Shown one piece after another: positions 20,401-28,224 of a stretch of 64,000 bases of DNA. The stretch is from sequence record MN871453.1. The stretch is one strand, 5' to 3'. Under the pieces are notes generated by a model that was not told the origin of the DNA, did not search any database, and saw only the letters and a list, made by a program, of their open reading frames with translations. The position numbers were made by a program, and so were the translations under genes. Each line of letters begins with the position of its first letter. Positions within the stretch are counted from its first letter, which is position 1.

Positions 20401-20999
20401 AGCTGGCGAACGGGATGACAGGGAAGGCTGGACCAGCCGTTCCGGGTGGGGGAAGTGATGCGGTCAGTACCAGTGCCCCGAAAGAGACAGAGACAACTCC
20501 GCCTGTTGCACCATCGACGGGATCAAACACTATCGTCAGCAATCCGGCGAAAGGTGAGATGCCTGTCGGTAGTACGACAAGTACGTCTGTCACGACAAGG
20601 GGGACCGATACGGTCACACCGGCAACGACCCGAACCACGGATAGCCGTGACGCTAAAGCATTGGCTCAGCAGGCAGTACAGCGCGAGAACACTGCGGAAG
20701 CTAATCGCATTGCTGTGGCAGCATCCAGAAAACAATCAGCTGAAACGGCGAGTACGACAAGTACATGGGCCGACACGTTGAATGAACAGCTTGAGACGCA
20801 GAAATCTATGGACAGTACGTTGAAGTTGATCAAAGGTCTTCTGGAGAAAGGGGTGCCGGTAACCGGTGGGGAAAATAATTCTTCCCCTAAGACCAATCCT
20901 AACAGCAGCGAATTAAGAGGGAAAGATATCAGTACGGGGAGTCGAGGGAAACAACCTTTTGAACCGTTCGATACGAGTATCTCGCAGAACTTTCGTTAA
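14415..20999 (+). CDS. tail tape-measure protein with C-terminal lytic transglycosylase (phiKZ gp181 type)
   Basis: 2194 aa, helical/Gly-Ala rich; SLT motifs AQESRF, AAGLGQFLDGTW and YMAHFLGPGG at about 19860-20420; divergent from RNAP genes as in phiKZ. Confidence 0.88.
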   Translation: MAKREKIDLDRFDDFDLEDNWGMDKEPQGAKDGSGKREAVKKAGKTVLREMGKTTFTSQMAKTILKEAMPRSFTTTLDNVDKGLIDVRSLYADVRKDAAPMLREMKALGRTVNRLVPTPYQKKIDAFLTRNNGADKSGSQLAALNIEDAAVLQSLAQVFNQDDDKPKQMSPEELTEKLTDQQYKIKLGTAIASIQNLLAKQTAYQFGAQRAFQKKSMELQIRQLMVSRAHLDVAQKSAVETSNLLRSVVENTALPDVVKQHRSEEFLRMGREKIFGRIQQSMYDWTSNYRNQFKDRAKQAINDRMQKLTMGFSMANDSLEQLEAQRELLASMGVTPEEFLAGAAGNWGALQIGKRIGKRINKSAPSLRRLDGTFQGVNYLFNNKERLASDWGNSGYRYGKWYNPIENFVKDTLRGGYRDEGVVRAGGLGNGEKISTVDERKLSYMEEMSGYLSRILHSIDVLRTGDNNTQRTVFNRQKGIFTSFNESVASTRQALIKDTDINSQRENINRLIENIDNNNRLSPDAKGKISDHLMTRARTSKAFNPAALANEKISGLSRDDQRLWQGLMAKRYGLKLNEKSEWSLNPFSSSNVNLNIDAGQYNYASNQTQGIFNRAHALAQTGNLEELISEGAVVFKNGNWEVNPDYYGSRVSGKPSPGNNDSTNPNDMGPHRPRNPPPGTPPITELRRFGQDWTNPNSVNFNLNGNQQNSFGTALAEQTDRILESMKHSQLFWDEQMARIEAQLTALEGCCLNGGGGGGQGGDTGDQGGRRRFSRNWAKRGLRAGIGGIRRGVKGMWDLGGLPLKAAGEIFKRVRRPAFNAAMTIGTFGLNKVLGFGMQAFEKVQDGYIATAQGLKKVIEKEGLAAGRYVDQATGKVIKKLSDVRGAVWDVVNNTQVLTDDEARRGLFNAAGNRIKSSFNKALGAVGSLLNGRFTPYHLLKGAAGGLGKGLFSLFGRLPDIYVLGEMKPRLYASKLANGEYFSMRTGKVIKKLSDIDGDVGVIDPRTRTMTPVLSAEDAAKGLVDKNGRGVRTGLAKLTGMIGNGLRGVGGLLTTPFKILNGLKNGAINLASNGLSAVGGVLNRGLNTGIGFSGGSTSWLKRIYRLLVNQFTGKDPLDGLDTETGSVSGIKNRLTGGFEKLKNRTGSWWQRLQKKKPEETKPEHAEKAAKEGGGWGKLIWAAITGVGAIVGKIATGFGNFWKWIKELPRWISGAKALDAAGDLAGDVAGSGGKRGGLLRRTGNVLKKVGKGALGVAGFLGRGLFSGVGMLARGAAVAAGSLLSAPVLVTAAVAAGVGYLIYKGYQAYKNRMTSLRNYRAAQYGVNPKDSDRAGKVLALEEAVLKNSQISGQGKLKIGSLPFQELLSAFDVEITDQRSVQRWTRWYQMRFVPVFTRNVETLYRMDPKAKITESEFLKPSQRGDFAKATFIASGGKESPYLVSDSPFPNMSSVTGDRFVAGFRDQVIAEFAEAEKKAIASGEKKLVTASDVKQPKGIELLNKKAQEAQANNANRAVNPTTDLYYSPGDTRKGLTSLTGDKRKDELIEMGNRIDDLTSIRVKLYGLRELLKGDVNALLALETEALKFIRYGDKGVALWTGNSEQFFANWNGQFGINSNNANEKAQWLFWFTKRFLPVFLNFCSESNFIAPNSSPMVAWKKLNASDLLKIANFMNSATTEVNGGKVSVWTIKASPWPNRFSNTDSSVIQSNLDALRLEGKKEVYQEKVKTEAEIAKMTFDGKALRNSSLGNKIADLYSDNRALTADTRGRATGANGVGVYGQRVGSMGTSFERSEAGSSFTDTNLLHSGEGTGGSINDIPDPKGDGWDNVKDSIAAVAKMVGVDAGSLAAMVAQESRFELRAKNGNSSAAGLGQFLDGTWKEILPTLVKKYGVNPNTSQYDPRASLLATAEYMKQNAKIIGDIGRPLTTTDIYMAHFLGPGGARNVLRVPTNTPIQSAMGDNYYKVARANPEIFKNVRTTGDLVASLGGYLSRNGGQYAQLANGMTGKAGPAVPGGGSDAVSTSAPKETETTPPVAPSTGSNTIVSNPAKGEMPVGSTTSTSVTTRGTDTVTPATTRTTDSRDAKALAQQAVQRENTAEANRIAVAASRKQSAETASTTSTWADTLNEQLETQKSMDSTLKLIKGLLEKGVPVTGGENNSSPKTNPNSSELRGKDISTGSRGKQPFEPFDTSISQNFR

Positions 21000-21006
21000 C
21001 TAAATT

Positions 21007-21024
21007 GGGGAGAGAAATCTCCCC
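21007..21024 (+). terminator. intrinsic terminator
   Basis: GGGGAGA-GAAA-TCTCCCC followed by TTATTTT. Confidence 0.8.
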
Positions 21025-21044
21025 TTATTTTTAAAGGAACAGAA

Positions 21045-23189
21045 ATGGCGACATTAGATACAGTAACTGACGATAGCTGGACGCGTCAGGCATTCTTACT
21101 TCCTGCCGATGCGGTTGATGATGACGACATTTATTACCGTAACCACTCCAGCGCCTATTTTAAATACACCGATACTACGTTGGGCGGAAACTGGGCATTG
21201 AATGCACCACCCCAACCTTGTCTCTTTTCAGACCCTGTCTTAGACCGTTATGTTGAAATCGGCGAGGGCCAAGGTGCGTGGTATTCTGAAAACATTGATG
21301 ACAACTCAGTTTTACTCCACATGCGATTTGGTGTACCGAACTATAACAGTCTGGCGAGTTTCTTCGGTAACTTCTACAGCTCCGACGATGCGCGTTTGGT
21401 TCGTACTGGACGAGCATCTGGTGTAGGGAATTTAATTGGTCGGGCGATCGGCTGGGCGTTCTCTGTTCGACTTGTTCCGTTTATCATGACATTCACCGCC
21501 ATCAAATGGTTTACCGGAACGGTCAGTACGAAATTCTATTATCTTAAACCGACGATGGGCCTGTACTGGAAATACGTCAACGACTTTGCCAACAACATTG
21601 CCTCCAACCTTGATCTCGCAGCAAAGCCTACTACGGATTCATGGCTTAAACTTACAGAAGGTGCGAGTTTAAACGGTACCACACCGATGTCGGAATCTGG
21701 TGACCCTGGTGTGGAGTCTATCGAACAAGCAACAAAAACAGCGTTTGAGATTGGCGCCAGAGAGAAGTCGGTTTATGACCAGATGGTACCGGAACTTTTC
21801 CGTGCTGACGGTTTAACCGGTATCGATATCTACGCGACGGCGACACGGGCGCAGGCATACGCTAACGCGTGGCATGAGGCAATTAATGAAATTGCCGCAC
21901 AAAACCAGAGTAACGGTAATGGCGTGATGTCAAGTATCTACGCGTGGATGACTGGCGGAGGTGCAACGGCATCACTGAACAAGGCCAAAAAGAAAACTTA
22001 CGCGACCACTGAAGAGTTCCTTAACGCTTATCTGAAAGACCCAGACGGACGTCTCACTGAATCACCTGCTACGGCGGGGAATGAAGCCAGCAATGCCGAG
22101 GTTAACACCGCTCAGCAATCCACGGCGACAACGACCGATGCCAACGGTAATGCGATTAGTCCCGTGGCTGATAACGGAACTAATGAAGCGCAGAAAGGTG
22201 TTATTGAACAAGCGTACGAAAGCGTCAAAGACTATTTCACTGATGAGGTCATTGGTCGTGCTTATGCGACCTTTAAAGCGGCGCAGCGCGATGGTTCTCA
22301 ATGGCTAACCCTTCGAATCGATGGACGTGAGTCGGCCAGTGAATCTTTCTCAAACAGTGTACGCGAGTCCGATCTCCAGTCGACGATCAACAGCACTTCT
22401 TCCAGAGCGGCCAGTATGCGTTTCAGTATGGCAGAAGGGAATTTCCTTGGTATTCCAGGGATGCAAGAGATCGTTAACACAGTGAAAGACATAGCGGGCG
22501 GGATTATGGATTCTCTTCATATCTCGGGTGTTGGCGCTATTGCAGGGAACGCCTTTGTCGATATTCCTAAACATTACGACAGTTCTTCTGCGAGTTTTAA
22601 CCAGATGTCGCTAACAATTCCGTTACGAGCATGGGCGGGAGATAACTTCAATCGCTTCCAGTGCGAAATCCTTCCGTTGATCACAATGTTAGTGGGGGCG
22701 TTACCAAGGGCAACGGGGACTGGTTCGTATACAGCACCTTTCATCGGTGAGTTTTATTGCCAGGGTCGTTGTTCGATTCCTTTGGGGATGATCACGGCCA
22801 TCGATATTACTCGTGCAACCTCGAATATGCCTTGGACGAAAAACGGGGAATACCTCGGGATTGATGTCAGGTTAACGATCACTGACCTTTCGTCAGTGGC
22901 GGCCATGAACCTTAACGAGGCATTTGGTCTACGTAACTTTGACCCAACGACATGGAACCGGCTGCTGTTCCCGCAAGATTCGTCGTTTGAAATGTACACT
23001 AACGTATTATCCAGTCTGGGTCTCCATGACCAGATTTACATGTTACCGCGCTTCAAGCGTAACTGGAACAGGGTAGTGAACAGTTTCGATAGATTCTTCT
23101 CGTACTCTAACCTGGCCAATACCATCTTCAGCGGTAATATGGGCGGGCAAATACTTTCTGCGCTCAGTAAAACTGACCGTGGCTTGTAA
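21045..23189 (+). CDS. tail/baseplate structural protein (phiKZ gp182 type)
   Basis: Directly follows the gp181-like gene; YTDTTLGGN, GRYYSE-like (GAWYSENID) and FGVPNYNSL blocks. Confidence 0.75.
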   Translation: MATLDTVTDDSWTRQAFLLPADAVDDDDIYYRNHSSAYFKYTDTTLGGNWALNAPPQPCLFSDPVLDRYVEIGEGQGAWYSENIDDNSVLLHMRFGVPNYNSLASFFGNFYSSDDARLVRTGRASGVGNLIGRAIGWAFSVRLVPFIMTFTAIKWFTGTVSTKFYYLKPTMGLYWKYVNDFANNIASNLDLAAKPTTDSWLKLTEGASLNGTTPMSESGDPGVESIEQATKTAFEIGAREKSVYDQMVPELFRADGLTGIDIYATATRAQAYANAWHEAINEIAAQNQSNGNGVMSSIYAWMTGGGATASLNKAKKKTYATTEEFLNAYLKDPDGRLTESPATAGNEASNAEVNTAQQSTATTTDANGNAISPVADNGTNEAQKGVIEQAYESVKDYFTDEVIGRAYATFKAAQRDGSQWLTLRIDGRESASESFSNSVRESDLQSTINSTSSRAASMRFSMAEGNFLGIPGMQEIVNTVKDIAGGIMDSLHISGVGAIAGNAFVDIPKHYDSSSASFNQMSLTIPLRAWAGDNFNRFQCEILPLITMLVGALPRATGTGSYTAPFIGEFYCQGRCSIPLGMITAIDITRATSNMPWTKNGEYLGIDVRLTITDLSSVAAMNLNEAFGLRNFDPTTWNRLLFPQDSSFEMYTNVLSSLGLHDQIYMLPRFKRNWNRVVNSFDRFFSYSNLANTIFSGNMGGQILSALSKTDRGL

Positions 23190-23199
23190 AAGTAAACAA

Positions 23200-23231
23200 A
23201 AAAAAGAGAGGGTTTTCACCCTCTCTTTTTT
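23200..23231. terminator. bidirectional terminator
   Basis: 14-bp stem with A/T flanks between convergent genes. Confidence 0.85.
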
Positions 23232-24033
23232 ATACTGTTTCTAATTTTAACGTACTCACGGTACGTTTTGCTACCCGCGGAGCGAGTCGTTGACAACTCT
23301 CGTTTATTGGATTAAACCAGTCCTCTTTCGGCCAACCTTTCTTCACTCGATAAAGTAACGTAGTATAAGGGATTGCCTTTTCTCTGGCGAGTTCTGCAAC
23401 AGAGACCTGCTGACCTTCCCACTCAACGTTGATGGTTGCTATTCTCCCTGGTTGCGTTGTGTACCGCGTATAGTCAGCGCGTCTTTCAGCGGGTGCCCAG
23501 TAACAACTCAATGCATTGAGGGGCTCATCTGTTTTTTCAATCCACAAGAAATCAGTTTCTTCTCTAGGATAACCTATTTCGTCAAACGCCTTTCTGTACG
23601 AAGTCCAATGAACTGGAAGAGTCAACGATTTCCCGCTGCGGTTCTTTATCCTTGAGAAACTTGCTCTCAATTTTGCGCGGGTCTTCGGGTGTATAATTTC
23701 TGGTCGACTCTTTTTAGCTCGGCGTTCCAATACGGTAAGAACACTATCTCCTCGGAATAAAGAAGATTGTGTTTTCCTGTAATCTAACCGGTACCGTTCA
23801 ACGATCTCACTTAACGTAAGGACTTCACTCAATACAGGATAAAGTCTTTTCTTGTACCCCACTAAATTTACGAAGAGGGGTCCGACATCCTTCATACCGG
23901 GAGTTTTTACCAACGCTCTCTTTATTCTCTGGTAAACCGTGATTCTTTTCATACCCGTAATCTCCACGATTTCCGGGACAGTGCGTTTAACGCCGTTGTA
24001 AAGATATACAGGCTGATTTTTAACAGCAGGCAT
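23230..24033 (-). CDS. DNA-binding protein: three HTH-like modules plus degenerate HNH-endonuclease-like core
   Basis: Repeats YNGVKRTVPEIVEITGMKRITVYQRI / LTLSEIVERYRLDY / WEGQQVSVAELAREKAIPYTTLLYRV; central HWTSY...IGYPRE...SCYWA. Confidence 0.6.
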   Translation of the reverse strand: MPAVKNQPVYLYNGVKRTVPEIVEITGMKRITVYQRIKRALVKTPGMKDVGPLFVNLVGYKKRLYPVLSEVLTLSEIVERYRLDYRKTQSSLFRGDSVLTVLERRAKKSRPEIIHPKTRAKLRASFSRIKNRSGKSLTLPVHWTSYRKAFDEIGYPREETDFLWIEKTDEPLNALSCYWAPAERRADYTRYTTQPGRIATINVEWEGQQVSVAELAREKAIPYTTLLYRVKKGWPKEDWFNPINESCQRLAPRVAKRTVSTLKLETV

Positions 24034-24091
24034 CTCATCATCCTTATCGAAAAGATATTTTCTACATCAATAAACGGTGGTGTGTAAATAG

Positions 24092-24121
24092 AGTAGAGAG
24101 GGCAATTAAGCCCTCTCTACT
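24092..24121 (-). terminator. terminator hairpin
   Basis: 12-bp perfect stem AGTAGAGAGGGC/GCCCTCTCTACT just after the stop of 24125-25192. Confidence 0.75.
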
Positions 24122-24124
24122 GTT

Positions 24125-25192
24125 TTATGCAAGTGCGATAAACGTGTATTGTTGTTTTGCTAATCCAACCACAGTGTTCTCTGTAAAGTGCTGAACCACT
24201 GCAATCTGGTAAGCGTATTCCGGTAATGTATTCAGTACCGTTTTCGCATTGGTGGAAATATTCCGGAAGACACTCAGACGATGTCCTGTGGGAGTGAACT
24301 GCGAAGCATTCCAGCGTGGGTCAATGGAGGATAAGACCGAGACTAACTCTGTCGCGTAAGTACTGTACTGGTTCGCGTCAATGACTTTACCAAAACGATA
24401 GTTCTGGAGAATCTGTTGTACGGCATCAGGGGCTTTCTGTAAGATGTAGACACCGCCTAAACTTTCTACCATCGCCTTGATCATTGACAGGTTCCCAGAA
24501 GCCAACACCGTCGGTAGACTGTCGCCCATTGCCGCGGTCAGTGTCGGATTAGAGGAATCGCTACTGTAGACAGCGGAGACAACGTTAGAGAGTCCGAGAA
24601 ATGAAGCCTGCTGGAGAATAGAAGATTTCAGTGCCGTCATCGACAGTTTGTCTTCCAAATTCTGAAAGGTCATATCCGCATTGGCCAATAAGGTATTAAC
24701 ACTACTGATCAGATTATTCGCGTTCAGGATATCCCCGGCAGAGGTCAACTGGGTAACCGCGCCATTGATATCGCTAAAGGTACTATCGACGGTGCTGTTA
24801 ATTTCCTGAAGCGTACTGGTAGCACCATTGATAACCTCATCAGAGATCCCTTTGACGGTACTGATACTTTGACCAATCTCGTTACTCAGCTGACTGGTAT
24901 ATTCGCTGATGTCTTTCTTTACTGCGCTGGCTTGAGTGAGCAGGTCATTCAACGACCCTAAATCACTGATAGTGGTGTTTAAAAGATAATTCTTTGTTTC
25001 AGCGAGTTTCCCTAAAACCATATTCTTCATGTTACTCAATACGGTTTTCGTTTCCTTTCCGTAACCATCTACGGCCACCATCGAATCCTTAACACCCGTT
25101 GCCACTAATGAGCTTTGGGTTTGCGCGGCAGCCTTAGCAGTTTGCGCTGAGTTACTTAAGGTCTTAACGTAATTACTGACGCCTAACGCCAT
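24125..25192 (-). CDS. probable virion structural protein (Ser/Thr/Ala-rich)
   Basis: 355 aa; composition and position near the gp181/182 block as in related jumbo phages. Confidence 0.6.
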   Translation of the reverse strand: MALGVSNYVKTLSNSAQTAKAAAQTQSSLVATGVKDSMVAVDGYGKETKTVLSNMKNMVLGKLAETKNYLLNTTISDLGSLNDLLTQASAVKKDISEYTSQLSNEIGQSISTVKGISDEVINGATSTLQEINSTVDSTFSDINGAVTQLTSAGDILNANNLISSVNTLLANADMTFQNLEDKLSMTALKSSILQQASFLGLSNVVSAVYSSDSSNPTLTAAMGDSLPTVLASGNLSMIKAMVESLGGVYILQKAPDAVQQILQNYRFGKVIDANQYSTYATELVSVLSSIDPRWNASQFTPTGHRLSVFRNISTNAKTVLNTLPEYAYQIAVVQHFTENTVVGLAKQQYTFIALA

Positions 25193-25476
25193 ATGTCCTC
25201 CTTACTAAAAATAAAGCGAATCTTCTCCCAAAGGGTTTTTGGTGTCCTGTTACGGTATCGGGTTAAACCGTGGCTGTAGAAATGACTGGCGGCAATGGCG
25301 ACGAATTCTATCTTTTCTTCTTTGGTGAAAATGGTGCTAAAAATACGGTTATTCAACTGCTCTAGAAAATACACTGCATCCGCTTCCGAGTGACGGTCTT
25401 CCTTGAAAAAATTTTCAATGTCCTCTTCGATCGTTTTAAGTAAATTTTTTACAGCGGTAGAATTTGTTCCGGACAT
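25183..25476 (-). CDS. small hypothetical protein
   Basis: ORF coupled to the downstream gene; start placed at MSGTNST. Confidence 0.65.
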   Translation of the reverse strand: MSGTNSTAVKNLLKTIEEDIENFFKEDRHSEADAVYFLEQLNNRIFSTIFTKEEKIEFVAIAASHFYSHGLTRYRNRTPKTLWEKIRFIFSKEDIWR

Positions 25477-25515
25477 AGCGGGAGCGCTCCAAAAAATAAA
25501 AGAGTGAAGGTGCAT

Positions 25516-25549
25516 AAAGAAGAGTGGGGTAAAGACCCCACTCTTCTTT
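25516..25549. terminator. terminator hairpin
   Basis: 15-bp perfect stem AAAGAAGAGTGGGGT/ACCCCACTCTTCTTT. Confidence 0.8.
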
Positions 25550-25558
25550 TATTCTCGA

Positions 25559-26380
25559 CTACTCATCCGGGTCATCAGCAACGTTCAAGAACCGGCCGTC
25601 CATTCTGACTTCATGGAATGTAACGACATCGTCCGGGAACGTCAGTTCTAACATCAGATAAACACGTAACGGGTCAATGACCTTTAACGCCTTCGTAAAG
25701 ACCTTAATGGACATATCCGCATTCCGTATCCCACGGTTCAGGTTAGACCGTTCCGTACTCTGCCGGTTACGTTCAACAAAACCGTTTAACGGGTCATTGA
25801 CATAACGATTAACACGTTCCGCCCAATCGGCCTCGTCTTTGATGATTTGACGTTTAATGTCACTGAACAAACGATGGAGGACATTATACCGTGTTGGGAA
25901 TTTCTCGTTATGATATTCCGTGTATAGGTCTTCTTCGTCAATCTCGTCGATATGAGAAGTTCGTGTTCCGTCACGATGTTCGAGGAGAAGAATAAACTTC
26001 AGATTAATGGGGCGAATTACTCGCATCCCACGAATGAAGTTATGCAGCGTCATCTCTTGCTTTGCCAGCTCACGGTTAAGATTACTGCGTTCTGTCGATT
26101 TTCCACGGCTCGTCTGTACGACATTGTTCCGTGGATCTTTAACGTATTGCGATAACCGATTATTCCAAAATAACGACGAAATGTTCAGGTCATTTCTGAC
26201 TTCTCTGAACATTAGCGATAACAGGTTCATGGGCCCGGTGTGTTCATTTACACGGTTACGTCGCAACTCTTCTGCCAAACGAAATCGGGCTGGGATTCCT
26301 CGGCTTTTGATCATGGAGTAGACCTTTTTAACGTTGACTAAAATAACGTAGGTGTACCTCGGCGATAGACAACATATCAC
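25559..26380 (-). CDS. hypothetical protein with tandem duplicated domain
   Basis: Two ~97-aa repeats sharing YVxDPxN and STERSNLNR; true start may be 26314. Confidence 0.8.
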   Translation of the reverse strand: MICCLSPRYTYVILVNVKKVYSMIKSRGIPARFRLAEELRRNRVNEHTGPMNLLSLMFREVRNDLNISSLFWNNRLSQYVKDPRNNVVQTSRGKSTERSNLNRELAKQEMTLHNFIRGMRVIRPINLKFILLLEHRDGTRTSHIDEIDEEDLYTEYHNEKFPTRYNVLHRLFSDIKRQIIKDEADWAERVNRYVNDPLNGFVERNRQSTERSNLNRGIRNADMSIKVFTKALKVIDPLRVYLMLELTFPDDVVTFHEVRMDGRFLNVADDPDE

Positions 26381-26843
26381 AGTGCACCGTATAGAGAGAA
26401 AGAAGCATCCCTTGATATTGATTTTTATTCATCCCTTTTTTCAGTTGGTCGAGCAAAAGCAAATGTTCGACAACGGAAGGGATTAACACATCAATAAACG
26501 CATAATAATCAGCGCGACGTTTTTCGTGGTCAACTAACCACTCGTCGAGCTTATAGCGCGTGAGTGCTTGTTTCAGATTGTAGTTCTCTACAACGGCCTG
26601 ATGCTCACTAAGGATTTCGTTTATTCGGTTAACGGTATCAGTGAACTCTTTCAATGGTCGGTAAAGATCTACATACTGCTCTCGGTAAGCTACGTCGTTA
26701 GGGACACTTTCACGGAGCTTGGCCATAGCGGTATAGAGGGTTTCAATGTTGTCACGAGTAACGGCATATTTCTCTCCTTTGTTGATTAATTTAAGGGCGG
26801 CTTTAACAGGGTCTAATTTCTGGCGGCGGAAGAACGAAAGCAC
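26328..26843 (-). CDS. hypothetical protein
   Basis: GTG start with AGGAGG RBS, 171 aa. Confidence 0.8.
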   Translation of the reverse strand: MLSFFRRQKLDPVKAALKLINKGEKYAVTRDNIETLYTAMAKLRESVPNDVAYREQYVDLYRPLKEFTDTVNRINEILSEHQAVVENYNLKQALTRYKLDEWLVDHEKRRADYYAFIDVLIPSVVEHLLLLDQLKKGMNKNQYQGMLLSLYTVHCDMLSIAEVHLRYFSQR

Positions 26844-26927
26844 AACTCCTCCTGTTATTGATTATGAAATGATTTTACTTTACATAGAAGTGAAGTCAGC
26901 ATCTTTTTAAACAGATTTAAACCTTTC

Positions 26928-26944
26928 TCAATAAGGTGATATAG
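26928..26944 (-). promoter_or_regulatory. candidate promoter CTATATCACCTTATTGA
   Basis: 15/17 match to 2374-2390; intergenic. Confidence 0.5.
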
Positions 26945-26956
26945 TCTTGAAAAATA

Positions 26957-27484
26957 ATGGAGTTTAACATGGCCGCGTATGAGCAAGTCGAAGAGTTTGA
27001 ACCTATCCCGGAAGAAAAAGAAGGTGAAGTCCTGAGCGCCAGACCTGCCGACGGAATGCCGCAAGACAGCGATGATCGTTTGGATTTTACCCAGAATGTC
27101 CGTGCGTTGATTGTCAATGAGATTATCAAAGGCGGGAAGGTTCCAGTTAATGACAAAGACCAGATGAGCATCCTGAAAGATGCATTAGATGGTATTGACC
27201 GTCAGGAACTAGGCAAGAAGAAAATCTCAGCCAAGAAAGAAGAGACCGCCGCAAACATTAATAACGTGGCTAAAATGCTGGAACGCTTCAGTATGGAAGT
27301 GAGTCGTAGCACCAACGGGGCACCGATGGAAAAAATGTTGGCAGAGAAACCGAAACGCGACCCTTCCGTTTTCAATCGTGACGTCAGGGCTCAGTTCCCT
27401 GATATCAATGAATCAGAACTGGAACTGACGCGCCGGGAAGAAAGCAGTGAAGAATTCTTCGAACGGATGAAAGAAGATGAATAA
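26957..27484 (+). CDS. conserved helical protein (small-terminase-like, speculative)
   Basis: 175 aa; probable start at ATG 26969 (MAAYEQ) with GGAG RBS; isolated plus-strand gene with its own terminator. Confidence 0.7.
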   Translation: MEFNMAAYEQVEEFEPIPEEKEGEVLSARPADGMPQDSDDRLDFTQNVRALIVNEIIKGGKVPVNDKDQMSILKDALDGIDRQELGKKKISAKKEETAANINNVAKMLERFSMEVSRSTNGAPMEKMLAEKPKRDPSVFNRDVRAQFPDINESELELTRREESSEEFFERMKEDE

Positions 27485-27490
27485 CGCATA

Positions 27491-27518
27491 AGACAGAGAG
27501 GGGAATCCCTCTCTGTCT
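27491..27518. terminator. bidirectional terminator
   Basis: 12-bp stem AGACAGAGAGGG/CCCTCTCTGTCT between convergent genes. Confidence 0.8.
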
Positions 27519-27522
27519 ATAA

Positions 27523-28224
27523 TCAAAAGGGGGCATTGAAATATTCAACACTGATAAACCTGATCGTCCAGGAAGGGGAGACATATTGTTCAGACAATTG
27601 GTGAACGTCATCAAGAAGATCTTTAAAATACGCAAAATCTTCAACGTTCGGTTTGGTCTGGAATAACGCTGGACCAATCAATTCTGTATTAAGAAGATTG
27701 ACCGACTCCTGTGTCTCGATATGCTCCTCCAGCCAGCCAATAATATCGTAATGAATAAAATGCGTAAAATCACTGGCTACAGATTGCGGGGTCAGTTGTT
27801 TATCGCTTTTTCTCACCCAATCTATTTTGGTCTGCGGGTGAAGGAACGTTTTGATGGCCTTGGACAATGACTCCCTGACGTTATTGGTGAGTCGATACGG
27901 GTATTCGTTTACCGTTACGGAAACGTTGAGGTCTGTAGGCGAGATACGTGGACCTTGCTCCGACCCTTCAATAATTTCCTTAATGACCCCGATCAATTTC
28001 GATCTGACCGATTTCTTCAGGATCTCGGAATCACGTCCCCGATAAGCCTTTCTCCATGCCTCTTCGGTAATACCCAGACCTTCCCAAATCACCCAATCAC
28101 CACGGCGTCGGCCATAACCCTTGGCGATCATGTTAACGGCCTTGTCAAAATTAAGACTCAATGCCACCGACATCCGGGTGTCGAGTAGATCGTCTAATCT
28201 GAGATGGATACGTAGTGGTCTCAT
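27523..28224 (-). CDS. conserved protein, HAD-like N-terminus
   Basis: HLRLDDLLDTR resembles HAD motif I; ATGA coupling with the upstream gene. Confidence 0.6.
   Translation of the reverse strand: MRPLRIHLRLDDLLDTRMSVALSLNFDKAVNMIAKGYGRRRGDWVIWEGLGITEEAWRKAYRGRDSEILKKSVRSKLIGVIKEIIEGSEQGPRISPTDLNVSVTVNEYPYRLTNNVRESLSKAIKTFLHPQTKIDWVRKSDKQLTPQSVASDFTHFIHYDIIGWLEEHIETQESVNLLNTELIGPALFQTKPNVEDFAYFKDLLDDVHQLSEQYVSPSWTIRFISVEYFNAPF

Noticed and set aside
388-23655. Other short opposite-strand or out-of-frame ORFs nested in major genes (e.g. 1488-1931, 11345-11725, 17870-18280, 20446-20781)
   Set aside because: No RBS, motif or lipoprotein signal, unlike the embedded o-spanin; treated as chance ORFs
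26855-27171. Short minus-strand ORFs 26855-27064 and 26917-27171
   Set aside because: They span a promoter region and lie antisense to a well-supported gene, with no RBS
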